Shown one piece after another: positions 1 through 9,700 of a stretch of DNA of 64,000 bases. Position 1 is the first letter of the stretch; every line of letters starts with the position of its first letter. The DNA is from Candidatus Latescibacterota bacterium (GTDB lineage Bacteria; Latescibacterota; UBA2968; GCA-2709665), in assembly GCA_965226795.1 (NCBI GenBank), contig CBDDDZ010000005.1, positions 1,583,920-1,647,919 of the forward strand, in the 5' to 3' direction. The translations under genes were made by a program, and so were the position numbers. Under the pieces are notes generated by a model that had not been told where the DNA came from, searched no databases, and worked only from the letters and a program-made list of their open reading frames with translations.

Positions 1-565
1 ACGATGCGAATCCAAGACACCAGGATTGGAGGTTGCTTTTCAATCGTTCAATGGCGTCATCAGATGCAGACTGCAGGTCACGAGCAGCGTCAGCAGCGGA
101 GGCGGAAAGGAACTCGCCAACCACCTCAGGAGAAAACGCGCACAGTGCAGCAAGCGGCGTCATGCCAAAGTCAGTCCAATCGATGATCAAAACGGGAACG
201 CCATTCTTGCCACCATGCTGATCAAACGATTGAACGATCTTCTCGTTTACAGTACACGTCGCGCACAGAAACCAGCCTTCCAATGCCTCATCGCGTGCCA
301 GGGCCTGGTCGACTTCGCCAAGTAGTTCGCGTTCGCTCAAGCGCGTCTTATTACCGTACCTTTTGCATTCCAGGCGAAACCGCCTTCCCTGTTGTCCCGC
401 AGGTCCGGCATCAGCGCCGTGCTGAAAGCCGGAACTGGCGACTGCTATTGGCACGTCGAGCAGGCGCCCGATCAAAGCGGCTACTAGCTTCTCGAATCTG
501 GACGAGTCCTTCTCGTTCCGAAGCTCATGTTTAAGTTTGTCTAATGCTTCGGAAACCGACAACAT
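1..565 (-). CDS. PD-(D/E)xK (Mrr-like) nuclease-domain protein, N-terminal 188 codons only; the gene runs off the left edge
   Basis: Absent from the ORF track because it is truncated. Manual minus-strand translation from ATG 565-563 gives MLSVSEALDKLKHELRNEKDSSRFEKLVAALIGRLLDVPIAVASSGFQHGADAGPAGQQGRRFRLECKRYGNKTRLSERELLGEVDQALARDEALEGWFLCATCTV..., open down to base 2. GADAG...RLECK fits a D...ExK nuclease core. Confidence 0.5.
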   Translation of the reverse strand, partial: MLSVSEALDKLKHELRNEKDSSRFEKLVAALIGRLLDVPIAVASSGFQHGADAGPAGQQGRRFRLECKRYGNKTRLSERELLGEVDQALARDEALEGWFLCATCTVNEKIVQSFDQHGGKNGVPVLIIDWTDFGMTPLAALCAFSPEVVGEFLSASAADAARDLQSASDDAIERLKSNLQSWCLGFAS

Positions 566-785
566 TACGATGCCCAACGTGTAAATATCTCGTGAGCCAA
601 TCTCCCCACCGAGTTAAACGTTGTATATTGGGTGGAGAGGAGAGCGTGGGTTGCGGTCAAGAATCGATGTTGTAGAGAATTGCAGAGAGCGGTCTCTGGT
701 TGTGGAAGTCCCGTACGGGATGTCTACAACGCCGAGGCCTGATCCCGATGTTCAGAAGTGCGCGAACATTGCCATTTTCGAATAC

Positions 786-1772
786 CTATACTCCGACACC
801 TCGTAATTCGTTTCCGAGGATGAGGTTTTCTGGGGCGGGAACCCAATTATCTTCAGTGGGAACAAGTAGTTGAGCCCTAAGTTGCCGCTTGTACCGTAGG
901 AGTCCATCTGCCCTCCCCATATTTCGCAAATGTCTGGCCCTTGCAGAGTTCAAATGGATTGAGTAGTCGCCGTCAACATAAAGTAGTCCCGTGTCGTACG
1001 ATCGATGATGTAGAGTGCAAAGGGCCAAGCCATTGCTGAGTGCATCGAGGCCTTTTGGATGAGCATGAGGAACAATGTGGGCAGCATCCACAAGATCCAA
1101 TTGAATCCCGCACATTGCACACGTGTGAGCATATCCATCCAACACCATTTGCCTGAACTGAGCGCTTCGAGGATATGCAATACGGGTTATAGTGACTCTT
1201 TGTCGGTTTACCACAACTCGTCTGTAAAGGGGCTGTCCGAGCGGGGTTTTACAATGAACCTCGAACAACTCTCGGAGCTCTTCGTCGTCGGCTTGATGAA
1301 GCACCGATGAGTTTTCAACATACAAACCGATGAGGTCGGGCCGGAAGTTGATCACGTTTTGCCTGTCGGTATCGATATACGTAGAGAATCCCTTTGTCAT
1401 AGCCGTACGCATCGATGATAAACGCGTATAAATGGAAAACCGTTGGGCTCGCGGGTTACGTTCCAGGAATCTATCTGGATCCCACGCACTAAACCCCTTC
1501 ACATCTGCGGAAAATCCTAAGACCAATACTGTGTCGCCGGTTTGCTTGTCGTTGATTAATTTCGTAGGCAGATGGCCTGGGCACTGGATTCGGTATTCAT
1601 CTGGATCAGTGCGTTTAGCAAAGTGGACGTTACCAATGAATACCGAAAGATATCGTCCTTTATAATAGAATCGGTACGGGTTATCTCCACCGGCGAAGTA
1701 GACAGCATGCGTGTGCAGGCGGAAGGCGTCGAATAACGCATGAAATAGGTCTGTCTTGCCGAGTAGAGTCAT
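786..1772 (-). CDS. HNH endonuclease with an uncharacterised ~230-aa N-terminal domain
   Basis: ORF 786..1859. C-terminal HNH motif: CAMCG...AAHIVPHAHPKG...NGLALCTLHHRSYD. I prefer the ATG at 1772 (MTLLGK...), 19 nt after the methylase stop; the longer ORF start overlaps the upstream gene. Confidence 0.75.
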   Translation of the reverse strand: MTLLGKTDLFHALFDAFRLHTHAVYFAGGDNPYRFYYKGRYLSVFIGNVHFAKRTDPDEYRIQCPGHLPTKLINDKQTGDTVLVLGFSADVKGFSAWDPDRFLERNPRAQRFSIYTRLSSMRTAMTKGFSTYIDTDRQNVINFRPDLIGLYVENSSVLHQADDEELRELFEVHCKTPLGQPLYRRVVVNRQRVTITRIAYPRSAQFRQMVLDGYAHTCAMCGIQLDLVDAAHIVPHAHPKGLDALSNGLALCTLHHRSYDTGLLYVDGDYSIHLNSARARHLRNMGRADGLLRYKRQLRAQLLVPTEDNWVPAPENLILGNELRGVGV

Positions 1773-1791
1773 TTCGGATAAGCCTCGTTGA

Positions 1792-4700
1792 TCAAGCAGA
1801 CGAAATCTTTTCGACAATTCGAGAATCGATCGAGTATGTCGACGATATCCATTCGTCAATTTCGCGCAAACGACGATCGGCGTACAGCTCAGTGAGGCTT
1901 GATGGCATGAATCGTTCCTTTATCGAAGTAGGTATATTCTTCTCACCGGCATCCCGGTTTATACCGCGCACGAGTGAAACGAATGAGAACAACTCTTTAA
2001 GATCAACCCAACTTGCACCAATTCCTGAAAGGAACACGAAGTCGGCCCTTCTCGTTAGCGACGATAGACGTTGGTAGTTGAAATTGCCGATGTATTTGCC
2101 GGCGTTCTTCTTGAAGACAAGTGCAGAATATCTATAATTGTTCAGCACCTCTCCGATGATTGCCAATCGATGCAAATGATCCTTTGGGATCGAAGTGACC
2201 GGTGCAACGAGATCCTCAAGTAACCAATTTGTGACGTGGAATCCATCACCCCTCGTTAGCCAATACCAGAAACCCGCGTCGCCCCCTGTGATCGCGAGAG
2301 CCGCGAAGGCCTCCTCTTTCGAACCCAACGTCACCCAGCCGGATTGCGACGGAACATGAACACTTCGGCCATCGGGGTGCAATACTGGTGGCGGCTCAAT
2401 ATACGTGGAGATGAAATTGCGCGCGGTTGGCGAGAATCCCAACTTGAAGGATTCACCACGTAGACCGTGTCCGGAAGTTAAAACTGAAGTAGAAAACTGA
2501 TTGTGCATTGCTAATAATTTCGCTCCAAAACGGTTCGTTAGGCGGGGAATGCCGAAAGTTTCGTTCGGCATCACATCATCGACTTTGTTGTAGGATATAT
2601 TGTCCAACAGATAATCACGATAGGCTGCGCGCCACCTGTATAGCCGGGTAGCAAACGAACCGATTTTTCGAGCGGTGGTAGTTAGCCAGATTGTGCATCT
2701 CTGGCTAACTCCAGAAAACAGTGCGGCCGGTATGTTATCGAACGAAGAAAACCAGTGAGTCCCGGTGTTAGCCAAAAGTTCACGTAGACCTGAAAATTCA
2801 AAGCTAAATGTCGTTGAAAGAGGAACAATTAACCCACGGCGTCCGCACCGGCTTGTTATGCGGTGTGATTGTACGACCACGTAACCATATATATCGGGGA
2901 ATCTTAAGCTCGTGGTAGACCGTACTCTATAACCAACCGACTTTCGGTTTACGTAGGGAGGATTTCCGACAAGCACGTCAAATCCGCCCTGTCGCATGAT
3001 GCCGTAGAATTCGACAAACCAATGGAATGGCTGGTGACTGATACGCCATTGCTCATAGGAAGCCGTGTCGCTTTCTTGAACGCCGTACTCGCTTGCCAAA
3101 TATCGATCCAATTGTTGACGCAGATCATCTAATCGTCTTCGCAATTCTAACTTCGCATTGACGAAAGCACCGGCGTCCATGTTCAAGCCGATCTGCATCG
3201 TGTGGAATATGCGAAAAGCCCGGTTTGCTAATTCGGTGCGTTCTTCGATGTCGGGAAGAGATTGGACCTTGAACAAATCACCCGTTACTGCCAGTCTCAC
3301 ATCGTCGAGAGACGTAAAGCCAACCAGTGTGTTGCCGGCGCGTATGTTGAAATCGATGTCAGGTAGTGGCTCAATCTGTTCGTAGCTTTCCAGTTGCGCA
3401 ACGAGTTTCAAAAAGAGGCGCAATTTACAGATCTCGACGGCTTCTTCCATGATGTCAACGCCGTAGAGATTGTTGATAATGATGGACTTCAGTATGAAGT
3501 AGCGTTCGCTGGGGTGGGACTCGACCTGTTCCAGTATCTTTCGAAAGTCGCTCATTTTCTCGGGGCGGTGTTTACGCTTAGAGCGCTTCAGATCGTCCAG
3601 TAGCCCCCGCATAACCTCAAGGCAGGCAATGTAGACGGGCTCCAGGATGTTGAGCGCCGAGAACAGGAACGCGCCGGAGCCGCAGGTAGGATCCAGTATC
3701 GACACTCCGGTAATAGCCTTCCAGAAGGCGCGGATCAGTTCAGGGCCCTCGGTACCGGCGATGACGTCCTGAGCAAACTTCTCGACGTCGAGGTTGTACG
3801 TTATCAGGTCGTTGATTTCGGTGACCTCTCCTGAGGCGAGCTTGACGTAGACCTCCTCGTAGTGCCGACGGCGGGCTACGTGCTCCCGCCAGGTTTCCGT
3901 TGGCAGGGCATAGTCGCCTGTCGCGGGTTCGTTCCAGATGCCGCGTTTCGAGACGTCGTTGAGTCCTGCTGCAATCTCCGCTGGTAGTCCGCGCTCTTCC
4001 ACGAGGGCTTCGTTCTTGTGAATATCGTACGTGATCCCGTGACGGACGGCCTCGTAGAAATACCGATCCGGATCGTCCTGTAACAGCCGCCATACCCCAC
4101 CGTCGGGCTTGAATGCGATGGAACAGGCCTTTTTCGCCCTGTCGAAAAGGAACGGGATAACGGTATTGCGGCTGATGTATCCGGTGATATCCTCTTTGGT
4201 GTAGTAGGCACCCATCTGCTTCTGGTTGATGTATTTCTCGAAGATGTAACCGAGCACGTCGGGGTTGATTTCGTTGTCCTTGCGCAGCGTCCGGTCATCC
4301 AGGTGCCACGTATAGGCGTCGAAGAAGTCAAAGATTCTCTCGAACGCTTCATCGGGGATTTGGATATCCGGATTGTCCTGCTCCAGATCGTGCACGTCAA
4401 ACAGGCCGCCGTTAAGAAATGGCACCTTACCGAGCAACGCTGCCAACTCCGGGGGGCGATTCTCCTCCGGTTGCCCAAGACCGTCATGGAACAACCTCAA
4501 TAAAAACAGCCGGTAGAAACTGTTGAATCGCCCGTTTCCATATTGCTGCCGCACCCTTTGGAGCCGGTCCCGGAGGTATTCGGTGTTGTTGTCGAGGAAC
4601 CCGCGTTTTTGAATGAAGTAGATGAACATCATTCGATTCAACATCAGCGAAGCATACCACTCACGGTCAGCAACCGTCTCAATGCCTTCGATAAACCTCA

Positions 4701-5241
4701 AGAAATCCTGATGTTCCTTCTTGAATCGGTCGTAGAACCGTCTTGTGACCTTTTCTACGTCGAAGGCCGCGCGAACACGGCCGGATACGTCGACGATGGT
4801 AAGGTCATCTTCTTCGTCCAGTGTAAAGGCGAGATTCTCCAGCTTTTGGATCAGTCGCTCCCCTGTATCCTCCTTGCGGAAGGATTCCGACCGCAGGCGG
4901 TCGGCCTGCCCGAGTTCCCGTTTTACCCATTGCCAGGATTGCTCGGTTCGGTCGTGGGTGGCGTAAACGATGATGTGTTCACGGACTTCCTTCGCGACGG
5001 CCTTTTCGATTTTCGTGCGGGTGGAATGGTCGGGATACGTCGTCTCGGAGTCGGCGACGAACTGGTAGGCAACCATGCCTCGTTTGTGCGCGATGGCTTC
5101 GAGGGCGACCGACCGCTCACCTACTACAATGAAGGTATCAGCGCCTCCGTGGTCCCAGCCCAGTTCTTCGATGAAGAGCGTGCGCAGGTCGAAATTTTGC
5201 AGAAGCGATTTGACTCTGTTTCGATCTAAAATTGAAGGCAC
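1792..5241 (-). CDS. Large gamma-class N6-adenine DNA methyltransferase (Eco57I / Type IIG / PglX-like architecture), no recognisable nuclease domain
   Basis: 1149-aa ORF. AdoMet motif DPTCGSGAFLFSALN lies upstream of catalytic VLVGNPPYV. N-terminal ELGWD and LMLNRMMFIYFIQKRGFLD helper region typical of this family. ~450-aa C-terminal region is a candidate TRD. Confidence 0.85.
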   Translation of the reverse strand: MPSILDRNRVKSLLQNFDLRTLFIEELGWDHGGADTFIVVGERSVALEAIAHKRGMVAYQFVADSETTYPDHSTRTKIEKAVAKEVREHIIVYATHDRTEQSWQWVKRELGQADRLRSESFRKEDTGERLIQKLENLAFTLDEEDDLTIVDVSGRVRAAFDVEKVTRRFYDRFKKEHQDFLRFIEGIETVADREWYASLMLNRMMFIYFIQKRGFLDNNTEYLRDRLQRVRQQYGNGRFNSFYRLFLLRLFHDGLGQPEENRPPELAALLGKVPFLNGGLFDVHDLEQDNPDIQIPDEAFERIFDFFDAYTWHLDDRTLRKDNEINPDVLGYIFEKYINQKQMGAYYTKEDITGYISRNTVIPFLFDRAKKACSIAFKPDGGVWRLLQDDPDRYFYEAVRHGITYDIHKNEALVEERGLPAEIAAGLNDVSKRGIWNEPATGDYALPTETWREHVARRRHYEEVYVKLASGEVTEINDLITYNLDVEKFAQDVIAGTEGPELIRAFWKAITGVSILDPTCGSGAFLFSALNILEPVYIACLEVMRGLLDDLKRSKRKHRPEKMSDFRKILEQVESHPSERYFILKSIIINNLYGVDIMEEAVEICKLRLFLKLVAQLESYEQIEPLPDIDFNIRAGNTLVGFTSLDDVRLAVTGDLFKVQSLPDIEERTELANRAFRIFHTMQIGLNMDAGAFVNAKLELRRRLDDLRQQLDRYLASEYGVQESDTASYEQWRISHQPFHWFVEFYGIMRQGGFDVLVGNPPYVNRKSVGYRVRSTTSLRFPDIYGYVVVQSHRITSRCGRRGLIVPLSTTFSFEFSGLRELLANTGTHWFSSFDNIPAALFSGVSQRCTIWLTTTARKIGSFATRLYRWRAAYRDYLLDNISYNKVDDVMPNETFGIPRLTNRFGAKLLAMHNQFSTSVLTSGHGLRGESFKLGFSPTARNFISTYIEPPPVLHPDGRSVHVPSQSGWVTLGSKEEAFAALAITGGDAGFWYWLTRGDGFHVTNWLLEDLVAPVTSIPKDHLHRLAIIGEVLNNYRYSALVFKKNAGKYIGNFNYQRLSSLTRRADFVFLSGIGASWVDLKELFSFVSLVRGINRDAGEKNIPTSIKERFMPSSLTELYADRRLREIDEWISSTYSIDSRIVEKISSA

Positions 5242-5260
5242 TCGGAAGTCTCCTGAGGCA

Positions 5261-5734
5261 TTATGCCCGAACGAGATCGATTAGCGAAACAGCGTCGATT
5301 TCATCGAATGGTGCGAAGTCGGTCTGGTTCTGCGTTACCAGCTTTCGGATGCCATGGGTTGCCATTGTGGCAACGATATTGGCGTCATGCAACCGTTTGC
5401 CGTGTAGGCCATGTTTCAATGCAAGTTGTCGCAGTCTACGAGCGACGTCCTGGGTTTCGTCAAAGAGTTGCAGGTGACGCCGAAGCTCATTCACGTTCCC
5501 AACCGCGTCGCGTACGTTCAGACCAAGTCCGTTCGCGTCGAGGGGACGCGATGCGACAACCATGTATTCCCTTAGAATTTGCCCACTTCCGGCAAGGCGA
5601 AGACCGCGCCTACGGGACTCGGCCAGTAGCCTTATTGCTTCACGGTGTTGGGGCCGCGATTCGTCCGTCGCGGTCAAGAGCACGTTGGTGTCCAGAAACT
5701 GAATATTACCGGCCATCATCGCCATAGATCTCAT
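5261..5734 (-). CDS. vapC: PIN-domain ribonuclease toxin VapC (pair 1)
   Basis: NIQFLDTNVLL...ILREY...HDANIVATM...VTQNQTDF gives the PIN acidic pattern. It overlaps the upstream antitoxin stop. The true start is probably one of the ATGs at 5716-5725. Confidence 0.8.
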   Translation of the reverse strand: MRSMAMMAGNIQFLDTNVLLTATDESRPQHREAIRLLAESRRRGLRLAGSGQILREYMVVASRPLDANGLGLNVRDAVGNVNELRRHLQLFDETQDVARRLRQLALKHGLHGKRLHDANIVATMATHGIRKLVTQNQTDFAPFDEIDAVSLIDLVRA

Positions 5735-5978
5735 CCCGTTTCCACGACGTCGTGTTTCCAGTCTTGACTGTCACCAGTTCGAGCATTCGGGCATCCGCGC
5801 CTGTCGTCACTGTCCTGTCCAACGCATCAAGACGGGATTCATCAATAGACCTGGGACGAAAAATGAAGCCGTCAGGCGCTTTCTCAATCTCGAGATCGTC
5901 TCCGGGACCGACCCCCAGCATGTTTAGCACCCGTTTTGGTAGGGTGACCTGACGTTCTGAGCTTATCTTGACAATCAT
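5706..5978 (-). CDS. vapB: AbrB/SpoVT/MazE-fold antitoxin VapB (pair 1)
   Basis: MIVKISSERQVTLPKRVLNMLGVGPGDDLEIE is a swapped-hairpin AbrB-type N-terminus. GGAGG lies upstream of the ATG. Overlaps vapC. Confidence 0.8.
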   Translation of the reverse strand: MIVKISSERQVTLPKRVLNMLGVGPGDDLEIEKAPDGFIFRPRSIDESRLDALDRTVTTGADARMLELVTVKTGNTTSWKRDEIYGDDGR

Positions 5979-6122
5979 GGGATCCTCCTTTTAACCAGAT
6001 GGTTTTTGACTTTGTTTCTGTCCAGTTTCGTTGGCATTCGGAACGTCCGGATTATAGAGTTGGTGCTGGCTTTAATCGGGCAATGATGTGGTCAGAGCGG
6101 GATTGGACCGAAACGCTTTTTT

Positions 6123-6521
6123 CTACAATTGACGGGCGTCGGGCATGGCGGCCATCTTTTGATCCAGCGTCAGGACTTGCATGTCAGCGCGTGAATAGTC
6201 GTCGGCGATAAGCCGGTCAAACAGGCCCGCGCCGCCGGAAGCCTCAAGGGATTCGATAACCGAGCGCCCGTTCAGAGGGGAGACCAGGCCGCTGCGCAGC
6301 GCGTCGAGTAATGAGGTTCGTGCATCGGCTTTTGATACGCCATAGTGGTGCTGTACCGCAACGTAGGTCTCACCAACGACCTGGTTTGAAACGAAGATCT
6401 CGTGGCCATGCTCGTTGACCAGCGCACCAAGTTTGCTTACGCAATACGCGAAGTCTTCTTGCGGGTCTCTGGTGAGTAACCGCACGAGAACTGACGTGTC
6501 AATCCCGAAGCGAAGGGTCAT
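6123..6521 (-). CDS. vapC: PIN-domain toxin VapC (pair 2)
   Basis: ORF 6123..6560. Preferred ATG at 6521 (MTLRFGIDTSVLVRLL...), overlapping the antitoxin 3' end. PIN D-T-S/N motif near the N-terminus. Confidence 0.75.
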   Translation of the reverse strand: MTLRFGIDTSVLVRLLTRDPQEDFAYCVSKLGALVNEHGHEIFVSNQVVGETYVAVQHHYGVSKADARTSLLDALRSGLVSPLNGRSVIESLEASGGAGLFDRLIADDYSRADMQVLTLDQKMAAMPDARQL

Positions 6522-6741
6522 ACGATTGCTCCCGGAAGTCCTGGAGATCAAACGTCCCACGTCCGCGCCGGATCTTTTCGCGCAACGTACCGAGACGGGA
6601 GTGATCGATGCGTCTGGGCCTCAGGGCGAACCCGTCGGGCCCTTCTACGATTTCGAGTTGGTCGCCCGGGCCGACCCCAAGAGCGTCCAGCACCCGCGCA
6701 GGAAAGGTCACCTGGCGTTTTGAAGTTATTTTGACAATCAT
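6499..6741 (-). CDS. vapB: AbrB/SpoVT-fold antitoxin VapB (pair 2)
   Basis: MIVKITSKRQVTFPARVLDALGVGPGDQLEIVEGPDGFALRPRRID. By manual alignment, 37 of the first 53 residues are identical to the pair-1 antitoxin. Confidence 0.8.
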   Translation of the reverse strand: MIVKITSKRQVTFPARVLDALGVGPGDQLEIVEGPDGFALRPRRIDHSRLGTLREKIRRGRGTFDLQDFREQSYDPSLRD

Positions 6742-6750
6742 GGCATACCT

Positions 6751-6778
6751 CCTTACTGATAATGATAATAAAGTAAGG
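6751..6778 (-). promoter_or_regulatory. Inverted repeat (7-bp arms, 14-nt AT-rich loop) between the helicase stop and the vapB2 start; its right arm overlaps the vapB2 Shine-Dalgarno
   Basis: Minus strand reads CCTTACT-ttattatcattatc-AGTAAGGAGGtatgccATG. Candidate VapB operator or translational hairpin. Confidence 0.3.
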
Positions 6779-6786
6779 TGAAAGCG

Positions 6787-9700
6787 TCAAGTCTGGCGTC
6801 TGATCAATCCCATAGAGCAGATGATTCGCGGTTCATCAGGTTCATCCTCACCGTGGATGATACAAAGCCGCCCATCCCCCCGCATTTCGATGACCAGTCC
6901 GACCAAGTCGTCATCCGAGATTCCACTGCGCAATTGGCGGTTCAGCGTATCCACCGCGGATTGGCGCAGCGGATATCGGTATATCTCGCCCACTGCCCTG
7001 CGAAGTTGTTCTGTATCGAAGAGTGTGCCCTCGACCCTCTCGGCGTGATTCTTAAGCCGTTCATAGGTGCGGAAGTGCGCACCCGAGGGTCGTCCCAGTT
7101 GGCCCCCGACCTGATTCTCCTCCTTCGCTATGCGCTCAGCGGCTTTTCGTACAAGATCGTGATGGGTTTCGTGCCGGGGAAGCGCCGGTGTATTCGGTTT
7201 GCATTCGGCGGCCCGGAGAATTTCGAACTGGCTTTCGGTGACGCTGCCCCCTTTCCGATCCATCCACGCGAGGGCATCATTGTCCTGTGTTGTGCGCATG
7301 TATACGAGTACACCGTCCTGCCGGGCCGGTGTATGTGAGCCGGCTTTGGAGGAATGGACGACGTCCGGCATCTGCTCCACCTTCTTCTCCAGCGACGGAT
7401 CGGCAGTCGTGGCGTTTCTCCAGATCTGGTAGGCATACGACGCAAGATCCACCTCGGAATCGTCATCGCCATCGAGGACTCCGGTCTGTTCGTTATATAG
7501 ATCGACCACCGCAAGAGTGTCCTCGTCCTCAAAAAAGGCTTCGTCGGTTCCGACCACTTCGGCGTTCTCTTCGAGGCGCTGCCGTACCCGGGCTCGCAGC
7601 CGAATCAGACGTTCGATGCCCTCCGCGGGAAGGAAGGAATAGCAGAGGATGTTCGGCGCCGATTGGCCGATTCGGTCCACGCGGCCGGCTCTCTGGATCA
7701 GCCGGATGATTGCCCAGGGAAGGTCGTAATTGACGACAATGGCGCAATCCTGAAGGTTCTGTCCCTCGCTCAACACATCCGTGGCAACCAGCACCCGGAG
7801 TTCCTCCTCCGGCGCGATCTGCCCGCCTTTGTCGTTGCTTTTGGGACTGAACCGCCAGGCCAAGCGAGTGGGATCCGCGGAGTCGCCCGTAACGCCCGAC
7901 AGCCGTTCGACGCCTCTACCCATTAACCGACGTTCCAGGTATTGCACGGTGTCGGCGAACTGCGTGAACACCAGAACCTTCTCACCTGGATGTTTATCCA
8001 CAAGGATCTTCTGCAGAGCGGCAAGCTTGGCATCCTGAGACGGAATCCATTCACCGAATCCCTCCAGCATTTCACGTAACGTTCTCGCATCCGTCACCAG
8101 GGCTTGCCGAAGTGTCTCGTCGAAATGACGCGGGCTGAGCCAGCGAAATCGCCTGCTGTATCGTTCGCGGTAGGCATCGTAGACTTGTGCGGCGTGCCGC
8201 CGGAAGTCTTCTTCGGTTCTCAGAACGTGTTGTGTATGAACTTCGCCCCTGCCGTCCTCTTCTTCTTCAAAAATGTCGCCGGCAGCGCCGTCCGGATCCG
8301 CGTCGAAAGATTGAGGGTCCAGAAGCCCGGCGTCGGTTGTGCCGACCGGCAGATCCAGACCGTTTTCGATGGCGTGGATAAAGATGAAGTTCCTCAGCAC
8401 ATGCCGCTCGACCGACAGCAGGAACGAATGACCGCTGCTTTCAAGGCGTTTGAGCAGGTTCGTCCGGCAGAATCCCATCAGGCGCCTGCCTGCCCGTGAA
8501 AGGTCTTGCAGGATTTGGCCTTCGTTCGGCGATGGCGGCGGATCGGCCAAGGAGGTCAAGTAGTTTGCCAGACCGTAGCGCGGGAGTTCCAACCCGTTGA
8601 TTGCGGACACGACGTTTTCGTCAAAGAGCCGCGCGTACTGGTTGTCGATATCGAAGCCGACGGTCCTGGGAACGCGGACCGGGAAATAGGATCGCGTTCC
8701 GTCTTCGAATGTCAGATATCTTCGCCCGTTAGCTGGATCCAACGTGGCGTAGTTTTCTTGAATGAAACTGCGGGTTCGACGTACGAGGTACAGGCGCATC
8801 AATTCACGCCAGTCGTCGGTATATTCCGAATGGTCGAATGCCGCAAGTGACCGGACAGAAGCCTGGTGGCGGCGAATGAATTCGGTCTCACCGATCTCTC
8901 GCAACAGGCGTTCAGGTCGGATGCCCAGGTCTTCATTCTCATGCACAAACAATCGGATCTGGTTTGAGAGATCCTGGTACGTCTTGTTATATGGCGTAGC
9001 CGAAAGCAGAATGCACTTGCTTTCGTTTTCCCGGATGTATTCCTGAATTGCACGGTACCGCTTTCCCTCACGGTTTCTCAGATTGTGACTCTCGTCAATC
9101 ACAACCAGCCTGTACCGGCGCATGTCAGGGAGTTCCCGGGGCGCACGGCTGATCGAAAGCACGCGCGCACGTAACCGATACTCGTCACGATAGTCCTCCC
9201 ACATCGGCACCAGGTTCTTGGGGCAGATAATCAGCGTTTCAACCCCATAATCGTCTTCAAACACCCGCGCTAAAGCCGTGGCCATCAGCGTTTTACCGAG
9301 CCCCACGACGTCGCCGATTATGACGCCGCCACGCTTGTTCAGGTGATGCGCGGCAATCTTGACGGCGGCCGTCTGGAAATCGAGCAGTTTGTTGCCGAAA
9401 TCTTTCGGAATGCGGAATTCCGTCAAACCCACCCGGGCTTCCTGCGATAGATGGTATGCCATCTTCACATAAATGTGGTACGGGGGGATCAACCGCACCC
9501 CCGCCCAACTCTCATCGATGATCTCCGCGAGTTCCTCAGAGATATCGACGCACCAGCGGTCGCACCAGCGATCTTCGAACCATTGGGCGAGCTTCCCACA
9601 TGCATCGTGCTCAAGAACGTCCACGTTGAGTTCGCCCTGGCCGGAAAGACCGGCTTGCGTAAGATTGCTGCTGCCCAGGTACCCGACCGTTGGATTGATG

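Noticed and set aside
6758-6771. A Fur box: GATAATGATAAT matches the first 12 nt of the classical GATAATGATAATCATTATC consensus.
   Set aside because: The second half does not match, there are no iron-related genes nearby, and the sequence is the loop of an inverted repeat directly upstream of vapB2. A TA operator or an SD-sequestering hairpin is the simpler reading.
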